Source of the DNA: Pseudomonadales bacterium
GTDB lineage: Bacteria; Pseudomonadota; Gammaproteobacteria; Pseudomonadales; Azotimanducaceae
Length of the DNA stretch: 64,000 nt
Direction: 5' to 3'
Assembly: GCA_041739525.1 (NCBI GenBank)
Contig: JBGSNQ010000165.1
Coordinates: forward strand, 14,706 to 78,705
Shown: positions 1 through 9,296 of the stretch, in pieces
How positions within the stretch are numbered: position 1 is the first letter of the stretch
Layout of the letters: every line of letters begins with the position of its first letter
The notes under the pieces: model-generated
Databases searched by the model: none
The model's input: only the letters and a program-made list of their open reading frames with translations
Told to the model about the DNA's origin: nothing
Translations under genes and position numbers: made by a program

Positions 1-624
1 CGGAAATACCGTGCTCAGCGTACGCACGTTGAGCAGCACGTTCTCGCGAATGGCATTGTCGAGCAGACTGCCGGCGTCGGGAATCGCTGCCTTTACCGCC
101 GGTGCGATCGCGTTGACGAGCGACGGCAGGTGCCCCGGTAACTCGGCGTGCCCCTCTACTACGCTGATCGTCGCATCTACCGCACCGCATGAACCGTGCC
201 CGAGCACCATGATCAACGGCACGTTCAGAATCGCTATGCCGTACTCGAGGCTCGCAATCACGTCGTCGTTGGCAAAGTTGCCGGCGACGCGTACCACGAA
301 CAGATCGCCCCGTGCCGCATCGAACGCATATTCGGGTGCAATTCGCGAATCGGCGCAGCTCAAGATCGCCGCATACGGATTTTGCCCGCCGACCAGCGCC
401 TCGCGTTCCGCCTTGAAATCGTGGCGCTTCGACGCACCCTTCACATAGCGGGCATTGCCTTCGATCAATCGTTCGAGCGCTTCGTCCGGAGAGATGACGT
501 TTTCCGGTTTTGGCGGCGGCTTACCGGGATCGGCAGCGAATGCAACGCGTGTGAAAGCGGCACCCAACGCCAGTGCTCCAGCGCTTTTCAAGAATCCGCG
601 ACGGCCGTTGCTCCGTGCGTCCAT
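1..624 (-). CDS. beta-class carbonic anhydrase, Tat-exported (C-terminus runs off window edge)
   Basis: Reverse frame is open from ATG (revcomp of 622-624) to position 1. Translation MDARSNGRRGFLKSAGALALGAAF... has a twin-arginine signal plus the beta-CA zinc-ligand motifs CADSR and HGSCGA. It is absent from the ORF track because there is no stop inside the window. Confidence 0.85.
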   Translation of the reverse strand, partial: MDARSNGRRGFLKSAGALALGAAFTRVAFAADPGKPPPKPENVISPDEALERLIEGNARYVKGASKRHDFKAEREALVGGQNPYAAILSCADSRIAPEYAFDAARGDLFVVRVAGNFANDDVIASLEYGIAILNVPLIMVLGHGSCGAVDATISVVEGHAELPGHLPSLVNAIAPAVKAAIPDAGSLLDNAIRENVLLNVRTLSTVFP

Positions 625-734
625 CTGGACCTCACCCCTGCAGTTTGAAAACCGACGAAGGATAACCGCAAAAGGATTCAACGGATCAGGGGTGCACCGT
701 AGACTACCCGCCACCCCACTTTCTGGAGAACGAC

Positions 735-2144
735 GTGAGCGAAGTACTGTGGCGCAAATCGGCAGGTGAACTCGCGGCTCTCATAGCAAAACGCGACGTC
801 AGTTCGCGCGCGGTCATCGAAGCGCATCTCGAACGAATCGCCGTAGTGAATCCGCAGATCAATGCGATGCCGGTCGTTCTGGAGCGCGAAGCACTGGCCG
901 CAGCAGACGCAGTCGATCGCGCGATTGCAAAGGGCGAACGCGGCGGGCCGTTGCACGGCGTGCCGCTTAGTGTGAAGGCGAACATCGACCTCGTTGGTTC
1001 GCCAACCACCAATGCGGTGCCGATGATGGCGCAGGCGATGCCCACACTCGATCATCCGATGGTCGAGCGAATGAAGGCTGCCGGCGCAATTCCGATCGGG
1101 CGCACCAACATGCCCGACATGGGTCTGCGCCTGCACACCGACAGCGCGCTGTACGGACTCACGCGCAATCCGTGGAACCTGGGCCGCACCGTCGGCGGAT
1201 CGAGCGGCGGCGAAGCGGCTTCGCTCGCCACCGGCATGAGTGCCATCGGCCTCGGCAACGACATCGGCGGCTCGTTGCGCAATCCCGCATTTTGCTGCGG
1301 CATCGCATCGTTGAAACCGTCGTTCGGGCGCATTCCTCACGCCTCGAGCCTCGAACCCGCGAGCAGTCCGCTGGTCATGCAGATGATGGCGGTACAAGGT
1401 CCGATGGCGCGTACGGTTGCGGACGTGCGCATCGGGTTCGGTATCGTCGCCGGCGCACACCCGCGCGACCCGATGTCGTACCCGGCACCGCTCATCGGCC
1501 CTGCTCCCAAGAATCCGATTCGAGTTGCGCTGGTGCCGCACCCGGCCGGCGGAACCACCGCGCCCTCGATCCGCGACGGTGTGCGTGCCGCCGGTGCCGC
1601 GCTCGAAGCGTCGGGCTATCGCGTCGAGGAAGTCAGCCCCCCGATGATCGAAGCGGCCATTGAAACGTGGGGACGCTGGATCGCGTGGGAGTTGGGATCC
1701 ACCCACGCGGTGCTGAGCACCTTGATGTCCGCCGACGCCAACCGGTTCTTCGACGCCTTCACCGATATATTCGGCAGGACACCGACCTATGCCGACAGCG
1801 TGTTGCTGATGCAGACGCGCCACCAGATCGCGCGCGCTTGGTCGGAGTTTTTCGCGGAGTACCCGATCGTGGTGGGGCCGACATGGTGCGAACCGCAGTT
1901 CGTGCACGGCTATGACATAGTGGGACCGAACAGCGCGGCAGATATCGTCAACCTGATGCGCTTCGTCACCCCGATGAATCTGTTGGGATTACCGGTGGTA
2001 TGCGTGCCGACCGGCGTCGCCGCCGGGTTGCCCACGGGCGTGCAGGTGATCGGCGATCGCTTCCGCGAAGACCTGTGCCTCGATGCAGCGGCCGCGATCG
2101 AACGGCGCCTCGGCACGCTAACGCCCATCGACGTGGTCACCTGA
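735..2144 (+). CDS. amidase (amidase-signature family)
   Basis: 469-aa ORF with a GTG start. Carries the GGSSGGEAA and GNDIGGSLRNPA amidase-signature block. Confidence 0.9.
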   Translation: MSEVLWRKSAGELAALIAKRDVSSRAVIEAHLERIAVVNPQINAMPVVLEREALAAADAVDRAIAKGERGGPLHGVPLSVKANIDLVGSPTTNAVPMMAQAMPTLDHPMVERMKAAGAIPIGRTNMPDMGLRLHTDSALYGLTRNPWNLGRTVGGSSGGEAASLATGMSAIGLGNDIGGSLRNPAFCCGIASLKPSFGRIPHASSLEPASSPLVMQMMAVQGPMARTVADVRIGFGIVAGAHPRDPMSYPAPLIGPAPKNPIRVALVPHPAGGTTAPSIRDGVRAAGAALEASGYRVEEVSPPMIEAAIETWGRWIAWELGSTHAVLSTLMSADANRFFDAFTDIFGRTPTYADSVLLMQTRHQIARAWSEFFAEYPIVVGPTWCEPQFVHGYDIVGPNSAADIVNLMRFVTPMNLLGLPVVCVPTGVAAGLPTGVQVIGDRFREDLCLDAAAAIERRLGTLTPIDVVT

Positions 2145-2181
2145 GCAGCGTTCGCCCGAACCTATACTGCACCGATCAGGA

Positions 2182-3405
2182 ATGGAGATGACCATGGCAG
2201 AACCGACACCCACCGGCTTTGCGCTGACCCCGTTCGATCCGACGTACCAGCGCGATCCGTATCCGGTGTTGCGTAGGGTGCGCGAAGCAGCGCCCGCGCA
2301 ATGGGACGAGATGACACGTGGCTGGCTCGTGACCACGCACGACGAAGTGCGCGAGGTGTTGCGCGATAAGGAGTTCTGGTCCGACCCGCGCAAGGCCGAC
2401 CCCGACTCCGCGGTCGCGCGTTTCCAACTCGCCGGCGATCGGGAACCTTCGATGCTGTTTCTCGACGATCCCGATCACCGGCGTCTGCGCAGCCTGGTGA
2501 ACAAGGCGTTCACTCCGAAAGCGGTCGAATCGACACGACCTCGCATCGCGGCGATCGCGAACGAACTGCTCGATTCGATCGAAGACGCCGAATTCGATCT
2601 GATCGACCGCCTCGCGGCTCCGTTGCCCGTAATCGTCATCGCCGAGATGCTCGGCATCGATGCGCGCCAGCAGGACGATTTCAAGGCGTGGTCGAATTCG
2701 ACGGTAACCGCCTTCTTCAACATCATGCGCAGCGCCGAAGAGGCCGCAATGGCCGAGAAAGCGCAGGCAGCACTCGACACGTGCTTCCGAACCGCGATCG
2801 CCAGGTGTCGCGCGAAGCCGGGCCAGGATCTGATCAGTGCCATGGTGCAAGCGACCGACGGCGACGATTCGATGAACGACGACGAAATCGTCATGCAGTG
2901 CAACCTGCTGCTGATCGCGGGCAACGTCACCACTACGGATCTGATCGGTAACGGCGTTCGCGCGCTGCTCGAAAATCCCAACGAACTCGCAAAGCTGCGC
3001 GCACGGCCGGACCTGCTCGACAACGCCGTCGAAGAAATGCTGCGATACGACTCGCCTGTGACCAATTCCGGACGCATCGCCAATCGCACCGTCGAAGTGC
3101 ACGGTTGTCCGATGCACACCCGGCAGTCGATCGGCGTTTCGCTCGCGGCTGCCAACCGTGATCCGGCCGTTTATCCGGATCCCGACCGCTTCGACATCGA
3201 ACGCGCCGACACGCACCATCAATCGTTCGGCGGCGGCCGTCACTTCTGCCTCGGCGCGCCGCTGGCACGCGCAGAGGCGCAGGAAACCATCCGCGCGTTG
3301 CTGAACCGATTTCCCGTTCTGCTTCCTGCCGCCGGCGAATTGCGCTATCGCGCCATTCCGGGATTCCGCGGCCTCGCTGAATATCGGATCAGAACGCGCG
3401 TATAA
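2182..3405 (+). CDS. cytochrome P450
   Basis: 407-aa ORF with the heme-thiolate loop FGGGRHFCLGAPLA and the I-helix-like LLLIAGNVTTT. Confidence 0.9.
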   Translation: MEMTMAEPTPTGFALTPFDPTYQRDPYPVLRRVREAAPAQWDEMTRGWLVTTHDEVREVLRDKEFWSDPRKADPDSAVARFQLAGDREPSMLFLDDPDHRRLRSLVNKAFTPKAVESTRPRIAAIANELLDSIEDAEFDLIDRLAAPLPVIVIAEMLGIDARQQDDFKAWSNSTVTAFFNIMRSAEEAAMAEKAQAALDTCFRTAIARCRAKPGQDLISAMVQATDGDDSMNDDEIVMQCNLLLIAGNVTTTDLIGNGVRALLENPNELAKLRARPDLLDNAVEEMLRYDSPVTNSGRIANRTVEVHGCPMHTRQSIGVSLAAANRDPAVYPDPDRFDIERADTHHQSFGGGRHFCLGAPLARAEAQETIRALLNRFPVLLPAAGELRYRAIPGFRGLAEYRIRTRV

Positions 3406-3432
3406 AGGCGCGCCCACACCGGAGAGGAATTG

Positions 3433-4734
3433 ATGCAACTCGGACGCGTGTTGACCTTGTTGGCGTTCTTGATCGGCGCTCAACACACCTTGGCGGCCGA
3501 GGTGGCCGATGCTTCGCCTGCGGCCGACCCGACGCCGATCACGGAGTATCGGCTGCCGCCCGACAAGCTCGAAAAGTCGCAGGCGCTCTATCGCACCGGC
3601 GTGACGATGAATCTGTTCGCCACCGTCTACGGCATCGCGCTGCTCGTGGTGCTGCTGTCGCTTCGCGTCAGCGCGCGCATTCGCGATTTCGCCGAGCGCG
3701 TCAGCAAGCGGCGTTTCGTGCAGGTGATCATCTTCGCGCCGCTGCTGCTGATCCTGATCGACATCCTCACGCTGCCGTTGAGCATCTACGGCCAGGATCT
3801 GCAGATGAGCTATGGATTGTCGGTACAGGGTTGGGGATCCTGGTTCTGGGACTGGATCAAGGGCGAGATGATCGGCACCGTCATGGCCACGCTGCTCGTC
3901 TGGGGGCTATATGCGTTCCTGCGCCGCAGCCCGAAACGCTGGTGGCTTTACGGCTGGCTCGCATCCATTCCGGTGGTGTTGTTGCTGGTGCTGATCCAGC
4001 CCGTATTCATCGCACCGCTCTTCAATCACTTCGAACCGCTCGAAGCCAAACAGCCGCAGCTGTTGCCGGAGCTCGAAAAGGTGATGCATCGCGGCGGGCT
4101 GCAGATCGATCGCGCGCGCATGTTCGAGATGCAGGCGAGCGACAAGGTCACCACGTACAACGCCTACGTCACCGGCATCGGCGCGAGCAAACGCGTCGTC
4201 GTATGGGACAACACGTCGCGCGACATGACGATTCCGGAAACGCTGTTCGTGTTCGGCCACGAACAGGGCCACTACGTGCTGCATCACGTCTGGATGCAGC
4301 TCGGCTTTCTGATCTCGGGAATGTTGCTTTCGCTGTATCTGGCACACCGCTTCGCGGCCGGCGTGCTCGCACGATGGGGGCAGCGCTGGGGCATACGCGA
4401 CCTCGGCGACTGGGCGTCACTGCCGGTCATTCTCTTGTTGCTCAACGTCTTTTCGCTGGTCGGGCAACCGGTAAGCGCGGCGTTTTCGCGACATCTGGAA
4501 CATCAGGCCGACATTTATGGACTCGAAGTCATCCACGGCATCGTGCCCGACTCGCCTCAAGTCGCCGCGCACGCCTTCCAGAAACTCGGCGAGAAAGCAC
4601 TGTCGTATCCCGATCCGAATCCGCTGTACGTGATGTGGGCGTTCGGTCATCCGCCGATCGCCGACCGCATCGAGTTCGCTGCGCACTACCAACCGTGGAA
4701 CGACGGTCAACCCACGCGCTACATCGCGCAGTAG
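3433..4734 (+). CDS. M48-family zinc metallopeptidase, Ste24-type multi-TM architecture
   Basis: HEQGH zinc motif (HExxH), NAYVTGIGASKRVVVWD block, several hydrophobic helices and an N-terminal signal. GGAGAGG lies 5-6 nt upstream of the ATG. Confidence 0.85.
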   Translation: MQLGRVLTLLAFLIGAQHTLAAEVADASPAADPTPITEYRLPPDKLEKSQALYRTGVTMNLFATVYGIALLVVLLSLRVSARIRDFAERVSKRRFVQVIIFAPLLLILIDILTLPLSIYGQDLQMSYGLSVQGWGSWFWDWIKGEMIGTVMATLLVWGLYAFLRRSPKRWWLYGWLASIPVVLLLVLIQPVFIAPLFNHFEPLEAKQPQLLPELEKVMHRGGLQIDRARMFEMQASDKVTTYNAYVTGIGASKRVVVWDNTSRDMTIPETLFVFGHEQGHYVLHHVWMQLGFLISGMLLSLYLAHRFAAGVLARWGQRWGIRDLGDWASLPVILLLLNVFSLVGQPVSAAFSRHLEHQADIYGLEVIHGIVPDSPQVAAHAFQKLGEKALSYPDPNPLYVMWAFGHPPIADRIEFAAHYQPWNDGQPTRYIAQ

Positions 4735-4739
4735 TACCG

Positions 4740-5186
4740 TCAGATCCAGCGCCTGACGCGTTGCTTGTATTGGAGATAGGCATCGCCGAACGTCTGCGCC
4801 ATCAGCGCTTCTTCATGGCGAATGAAGCGCAGATAAAGCAGCGTTGCGAAACCGACCGGCACCAACCAGGGCAGCGGCCGGTTCAGCAGCACCGCGGTGC
4901 CGATCAGCGCCAGCACCATGCCGAGATACATCGGATTGCGTGTCAATGCGAACGCGCCGCTCGTCACCAGCGAAGTGGACCGCGTCAACGGCACGATGTT
5001 CGTACCAACGACCGCGAACTGCCGCGACGCCATTCCGGCAATGGCAACGCCGCAGAGCAACACGATGGCGCCGGAGTAGATCCACGGCCCTGCAAGTACG
5101 GCGCTGCCCGGCAGTCGCGACAATGCGAACATTGCCGCGATGGCCATGACGAAATAGTGTGGCGGATTGACCTTGCGCGGACTCAC
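4740..5186 (-). CDS. isoprenylcysteine carboxyl methyltransferase (ICMT/PEMT) family membrane protein
   Basis: 148 aa, multi-TM, with the C-terminal signature TRNPMYLGMV...RHEEALM..FGD.Y..Y. The GTG start overlaps the stop of the upstream CpxP-like gene (GTGA, 5183-5186). Confidence 0.75.
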   Translation of the reverse strand: MSPRKVNPPHYFVMAIAAMFALSRLPGSAVLAGPWIYSGAIVLLCGVAIAGMASRQFAVVGTNIVPLTRSTSLVTSGAFALTRNPMYLGMVLALIGTAVLLNRPLPWLVPVGFATLLYLRFIRHEEALMAQTFGDAYLQYKQRVRRWI

Positions 5187-5707
5187 GATTCGGTTCCGTG
5201 CCTATGCGCGAACCAGCCGTCGATCTTCGTACGCTGTTCCTCCGACAACGTCGCATAGAAGACGTCAAACGCAGCCGCAAAGCGCTGCAATGCAAGGTCG
5301 GCCGTCTGGGCGATGCGTACCGCGGCGGCGACGTGCTGAGGCGCATCCCCCAGCGGCATTTCGCAAACGCTCCGCATGTCTACCGCCCAGTCGCTGAGCG
5401 CTCCGGTTGCCCCCGTGAGTGCGGCGACCTGCGATTCATCGAGCGTGAGCTCTTCCACCACCCAACGGTTCAACTCGGCCGCATGGTCCACCACGTGCGT
5501 ATCATCGAGATGCGAGCATGCGCGCGCCATTCCGCGGCCGTGGCCGCCATGGCCGTGTCCGCCGCCATGGCCGTGCCAAAGCCCACCGGCGGAGGCCAGA
5601 ACCATGCCTGGTTCGGCCGCGCGCACCGCAAATGCGCCAAACCCGACGATAGACAGCAGTACCGTGAGGGTCGTCAACAACACCGAAACAACGATGGTCT
5701 TCTTCAT
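5183..5707 (-). CDS. Spy/CpxP-family periplasmic protein with a His/Gly-rich tract
   Basis: Signal peptide MKKTIVVSVLLTTL..., a HGHGGGHGHGGHG tract, and two LTxxQ-like motifs (LTLDESQ, LSEEQ). Divergent from an OmpR/EnvZ-type pair, as in cpxP-cpxRA. Confidence 0.6.
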   Translation of the reverse strand: MKKTIVVSVLLTTLTVLLSIVGFGAFAVRAAEPGMVLASAGGLWHGHGGGHGHGGHGRGMARACSHLDDTHVVDHAAELNRWVVEELTLDESQVAALTGATGALSDWAVDMRSVCEMPLGDAPQHVAAAVRIAQTADLALQRFAAAFDVFYATLSEEQRTKIDGWFAHRHGTES

Positions 5708-5851
5708 AGGTCACCCGTTTGTCACAGATTGGGATGCCCACCCTAACTTCACCCCGGCGCGGGAACATGGCGCGTGCGCGTCGGATGGTAACAGTGCGTT
5801 ACAACGCCGCCGGCGGAAACAGACCGTTACACTGCGCGCCACCCGGCTTCC

Positions 5852-5857
5852 TATAAT
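5852..5857 (+). promoter_or_regulatory. candidate -10 hexamer (TATAAT) 7 nt upstream of the response-regulator ATG
   Basis: Perfect TATAAT at 5852-5857. No Shine-Dalgarno lies between it and ATG 5865. GTAAC/GTTAC half-sites at 5788-5802 and 5826-5830 lie upstream. Confidence 0.3.
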
Positions 5858-5864
5858 CCCGCGC

Positions 5865-6605
5865 ATGTCCGACGCCCAACGCATCCTCATCGTCGACGAC
5901 GATCCCGACATTCGCACGCTGGTGGCGGACTTCATCGGCCGACACGGCTTCGAGGTAGACACTGCTCGCAACGGTGCGGCGATGCATACCGCCCTCGCCC
6001 GCGGCCATTTCGACCTCGTCGTGCTCGACATCATGATGCCGGGTGAGGACGGCCTCAGCCTGTGTCGCACGCTGCGTGCGCAAACGCAGATCCCGGTCAT
6101 CTTCCTCACTGCCGCAGCCGAAGAGACCGATCGCGTCGTGGGTCTCGAAATGGGCGCGGACGACTACGTCGTGAAACCGTTCGCGCCGCGGGAATTACTG
6201 GCACGCATACGCGCCGTGCTGCGCCGCGCATCCGGGCTGGTGGCGGTGCACCGCATCGATCCGGCAGAGCGTTTGACGTTCGACGGTTGGCAACTGATAC
6301 CGGGGCGCCGCGAACTCTACGACGCGCGCGGCACGCTCGTGAGCCTCACCGCCGGCGAGTTCGACCTGCTCGTTGCACTCGCACGAAACGCAGGCCAGAT
6401 ACTGTCGCGCGATCAGTTGCTCGATCTGACGAAAGGTCGATCCGCGGCCGCATTCGATCGCAGCGTCGATGTGCAACTGTCCCGGCTGCGCCGCAAGCTC
6501 GAGCACGATCCGGCGCAGCCCACGCTGATCAAGACGGTTCGTGGCGGCGGCTACTTGTTCGCGCCGTCGGTGGTGATCGCCACTGACGCCTCCGCGAAGG
6601 GGTGA
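5865..6605 (+). CDS. OmpR-family response regulator
   Basis: Receiver domain (ILIVDDD...LDIMMPGEDG) plus a winged-helix C-terminus (VDVQLSRLRRKLE...IKTVRGGGY). The start is set at the M preceding the receiver domain. Confidence 0.9.
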   Translation: MSDAQRILIVDDDPDIRTLVADFIGRHGFEVDTARNGAAMHTALARGHFDLVVLDIMMPGEDGLSLCRTLRAQTQIPVIFLTAAAEETDRVVGLEMGADDYVVKPFAPRELLARIRAVLRRASGLVAVHRIDPAERLTFDGWQLIPGRRELYDARGTLVSLTAGEFDLLVALARNAGQILSRDQLLDLTKGRSAAAFDRSVDVQLSRLRRKLEHDPAQPTLIKTVRGGGYLFAPSVVIATDASAKG

Positions 6606-6608
6606 CAC

Positions 6609-7901
6609 GTGAGCCAGTTTGCCCGCATCGCATGGATCATCGTTGCAGGGTTTCTGGCGCTCGAGTTGATCGCATACGGCATTCGGGTACACGACGAAGG
6701 CGTTTCGAGCACGGGCGCCTACGCCGCATCCGTGGCGGATCGAGCAGTCACCCTCGACCGTTTGTTGGACGGTATATCGGCCGAGGAACAGCAACGCCTG
6801 CTGACGGCCGCATCGGGACCGGGCTTCCAGGTATCGCTGAGTGCAACCGAACCGCAACTGCCGCCGAACAGCTGGCGTCACGCCGACGAAATCTCCTCCG
6901 ATCTCGATGCGTATTTGAAACGCGCGGGTGCCGGCGGAACACGGATTGCCTTGTCGGAAAGGCGCACGGTCACCGTAGTGGTGCCGCGGCGCGCGAACGA
7001 CTATCTGGTGGTGCGCGCAGACGGCAGCGGACTCACTGCGCACGCGCGCCCGGCATTCATCGGCACGCTCACGACGCTGCTCGTTGCGGGCCTGGTGTTG
7101 TGGGCCACACGCCGATCGATCGGTCATCTGCCGCGCTTTGCCATCGCAGCTGAAGCGCTCGGTCGCAATGTGGCCGCACCGGAACTGGCCGAGACGGGGC
7201 CGCGCGAAGTACGACGTGCGGCCGTTGCATTCAACGAAATGGCGCGCCGCATCCGCGCCTATCTCGACGAACGTACACAGATGCTCGCCGCGGTCTCGCA
7301 CGACATCCGCACACAGCTCACGCGGCTTGCGATGCGCCTCGAATACGTAACGGATCGGAATCAGCAGGCTCGCGCCCGTGAAGACGTCGCGCAGATGACA
7401 CGCCTGCTCGACTCGGTGCTCGCGTTCTCGCGCGAGGATCGCGCCGAAGAGCCTTCGATTTCGCTCGACCTCGCTACGCTGCTCGACACGCTGGCGGACG
7501 ATGCACGCGGACTCGGCCATCGCGCCCAGTACCACGGTCCGATCCACTGCGTCATCGATGGTCGGCCCACCGCGTTGCGGCGTGCGTTCACGAACTTGAT
7601 CGATAACGCGGTGCGTTACGGCAGCGAAGCCGACATCACACTCCGGGCGGCGAACGACGATGCGTCGGTGATCGTAGAGATCGCCGATCGCGGACCCGGC
7701 ATCCCCGTCGAAGACCGTGCGCGCGTGCTGCGGCCGTTCCAGCGCGTGGAGCCGTCGCGCAACCGCTCGACCGGTGGCACCGGCCTCGGTCTTGCCATCG
7801 CACATACGGTGGTGACGCGACACGGCGGTTCGCTCGCATTCGTCGAACGACCCGGCGGCGGTCTGATCGTCCGGATTGCGCTGGGTCGCACGGCGCAATG
7901 A
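6609..7901 (+). CDS. sensor histidine kinase (EnvZ/CpxA-like)
   Basis: Two TM segments, a HAMP region, the H-box AAVSHDIRTQLTRL, N-box NLIDNAVRYG and G-boxes DRGPGI / GTGLGLAI. Starts 4 nt after the regulator stop. Confidence 0.9.
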   Translation: MSQFARIAWIIVAGFLALELIAYGIRVHDEGVSSTGAYAASVADRAVTLDRLLDGISAEEQQRLLTAASGPGFQVSLSATEPQLPPNSWRHADEISSDLDAYLKRAGAGGTRIALSERRTVTVVVPRRANDYLVVRADGSGLTAHARPAFIGTLTTLLVAGLVLWATRRSIGHLPRFAIAAEALGRNVAAPELAETGPREVRRAAVAFNEMARRIRAYLDERTQMLAAVSHDIRTQLTRLAMRLEYVTDRNQQARAREDVAQMTRLLDSVLAFSREDRAEEPSISLDLATLLDTLADDARGLGHRAQYHGPIHCVIDGRPTALRRAFTNLIDNAVRYGSEADITLRAANDDASVIVEIADRGPGIPVEDRARVLRPFQRVEPSRNRSTGGTGLGLAIAHTVVTRHGGSLAFVERPGGGLIVRIALGRTAQ

Positions 7902-7938
7902 GGATGGCATACTGCGCGGCAAACGAAGAGAAGCGCAC

Positions 7939-9276
7939 ATGAACGACATCCGCAGCACGCCCGTTTCCTGCTCCGACGCCACACAACTCGACGCTTTCGA
8001 GCGCGCGCTGCGCAGCTACCAGAACTACGTCGGCGACCCGATCGCATCGATCGACGCGGTGCTTTCCGAGCACCCCGACTTCGTACTCGGACAGCTGTTT
8101 CGCGCCGGTGTGCTGATGACCGCCGGCGAACGCCGCGTCGTTCCCGAAGCAGAACGCAGCCTGCGTTCCGCGGAAGCGCTTGCACCGTCTGCCAACGATC
8201 GTGAGAAGGGGTTGATGCGGGCGACACGCCTCCTCGTGAACGGCGAATGGCACGCCGCATGCGCCGCGTACGACGCCGTGCTGGTCGAATATCCGCGCGA
8301 CGTGTTCGCGCTGCAAACGGCGCATCTGTTCGACTTCTATCGCGGTGACGCGCTGAACCTGCGCAACCGCGTCGCACGCGTACTGCCGCACTGGAACGCG
8401 AGCGTGCCCGGCTATTCGTATGTGCTCGGCATGCACGCGTTCGGACTCGAGGAGTGCAATCAATACGCGGAAGCGGAAGCCTCCGGCCGTCGTGCGCTCG
8501 ACCTGGAACCGCGCGACGGCTGGGCCGTGCACGCTGTTACGCACGTAATGGAAATGACCGGCCGCATCGACGACGGCATCGCGTGGCTCGAAGGACGACG
8601 CGATGACTGGGCGCCGGAAAACGGCTTTGCCTTTCACAACTTCTGGCATCTCGCGCTGTACCGGCTCGACCGCCAGGAATACGCCGCAGTGCTCGCGCTC
8701 TACGACGCGAACATCTACGCCAACCCGCTCGACAATTGTGTGGTGCTGGTGGACGCCTCTTCGTTGCTATGGCGCCTGCACCTCGAAGGAGTCGGGCTCG
8801 GCGCGCGCCCGGCGGTGGTTGCCGAGGTATGGCGCAAGCGCATGAACGAAGAACGCGGCTACTACGCGTTCAACGACCTTCACGCGACCATGGCTTTCTG
8901 TCTCGCCAACGAGCGCGATCAGGCGCGCGATCTGATCGAGTACGTCGAACGGACCGCGCCGGAGATTCGCAGCAGCAACGGCGACATGACCCGCGATGTC
9001 GGGTTGCCATTGATGAAAGCAGTGCTGGCGTTTGCCGACGGCGACTACGCAAGCACGATCGAACTCGCGCTGCCCGTCCGTGACCGCGCTTACACCTTTG
9101 GCGGCAGCCACGCACAACGCGACGTCATTACGTTGACGGTGATCGAAGCGGCGTTGCGGTCGAACCGAAGCGGTCTCGCGCGTCATCTGATTGCCGAGCG
9201 CACCACACAAAAGCCGGCGAGTGCGTGGGGATGGCGTTTGCTGGCGCGCGCCGACCGGGCACCTGCTCCGCGATAA
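7939..9276 (+). CDS. tetratricopeptide-repeat protein (TTC38-like)
   Basis: Helical-repeat sequence with a WAVHAVTHVMEMTGR block that I associate with the TTC38 family. Start is taken at the first ATG after the kinase stop. Confidence 0.6.
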   Translation: MNDIRSTPVSCSDATQLDAFERALRSYQNYVGDPIASIDAVLSEHPDFVLGQLFRAGVLMTAGERRVVPEAERSLRSAEALAPSANDREKGLMRATRLLVNGEWHAACAAYDAVLVEYPRDVFALQTAHLFDFYRGDALNLRNRVARVLPHWNASVPGYSYVLGMHAFGLEECNQYAEAEASGRRALDLEPRDGWAVHAVTHVMEMTGRIDDGIAWLEGRRDDWAPENGFAFHNFWHLALYRLDRQEYAAVLALYDANIYANPLDNCVVLVDASSLLWRLHLEGVGLGARPAVVAEVWRKRMNEERGYYAFNDLHATMAFCLANERDQARDLIEYVERTAPEIRSSNGDMTRDVGLPLMKAVLAFADGDYASTIELALPVRDRAYTFGGSHAQRDVITLTVIEAALRSNRSGLARHLIAERTTQKPASAWGWRLLARADRAPAPR

Positions 9277-9296
9277 CGAAGCCTTTCGACAAACGG

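Noticed and set aside
678-1907. 409-aa minus-strand ORF overlapping the amidase gene
   Set aside because: It is antisense to a gene with a clear amidase signature. The translation is Arg/His/Gly-rich low complexity, typical of spurious antisense ORFs in high-GC DNA. The same reasoning applies to many other long ORFs in the track (e.g. 2176-3486, 10996-12228, 15336-16313, 16204-17175, 23326-24924, 36121-37236, 40080-41135).
3433-5186. M48 protease and ICMT-like gene as a single operon
   Set aside because: They are convergent, on opposite strands with stops 5 nt apart. Only neighbourhood association, not co-transcription, can be claimed.
6195-7982. 595-aa minus-strand ORF across the response regulator and histidine kinase genes
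   Set aside because: It is antisense to two genes with unambiguous receiver, H-box and ATPase motifs. It has no recognisable motif of its own and a composition typical of an antisense frame.
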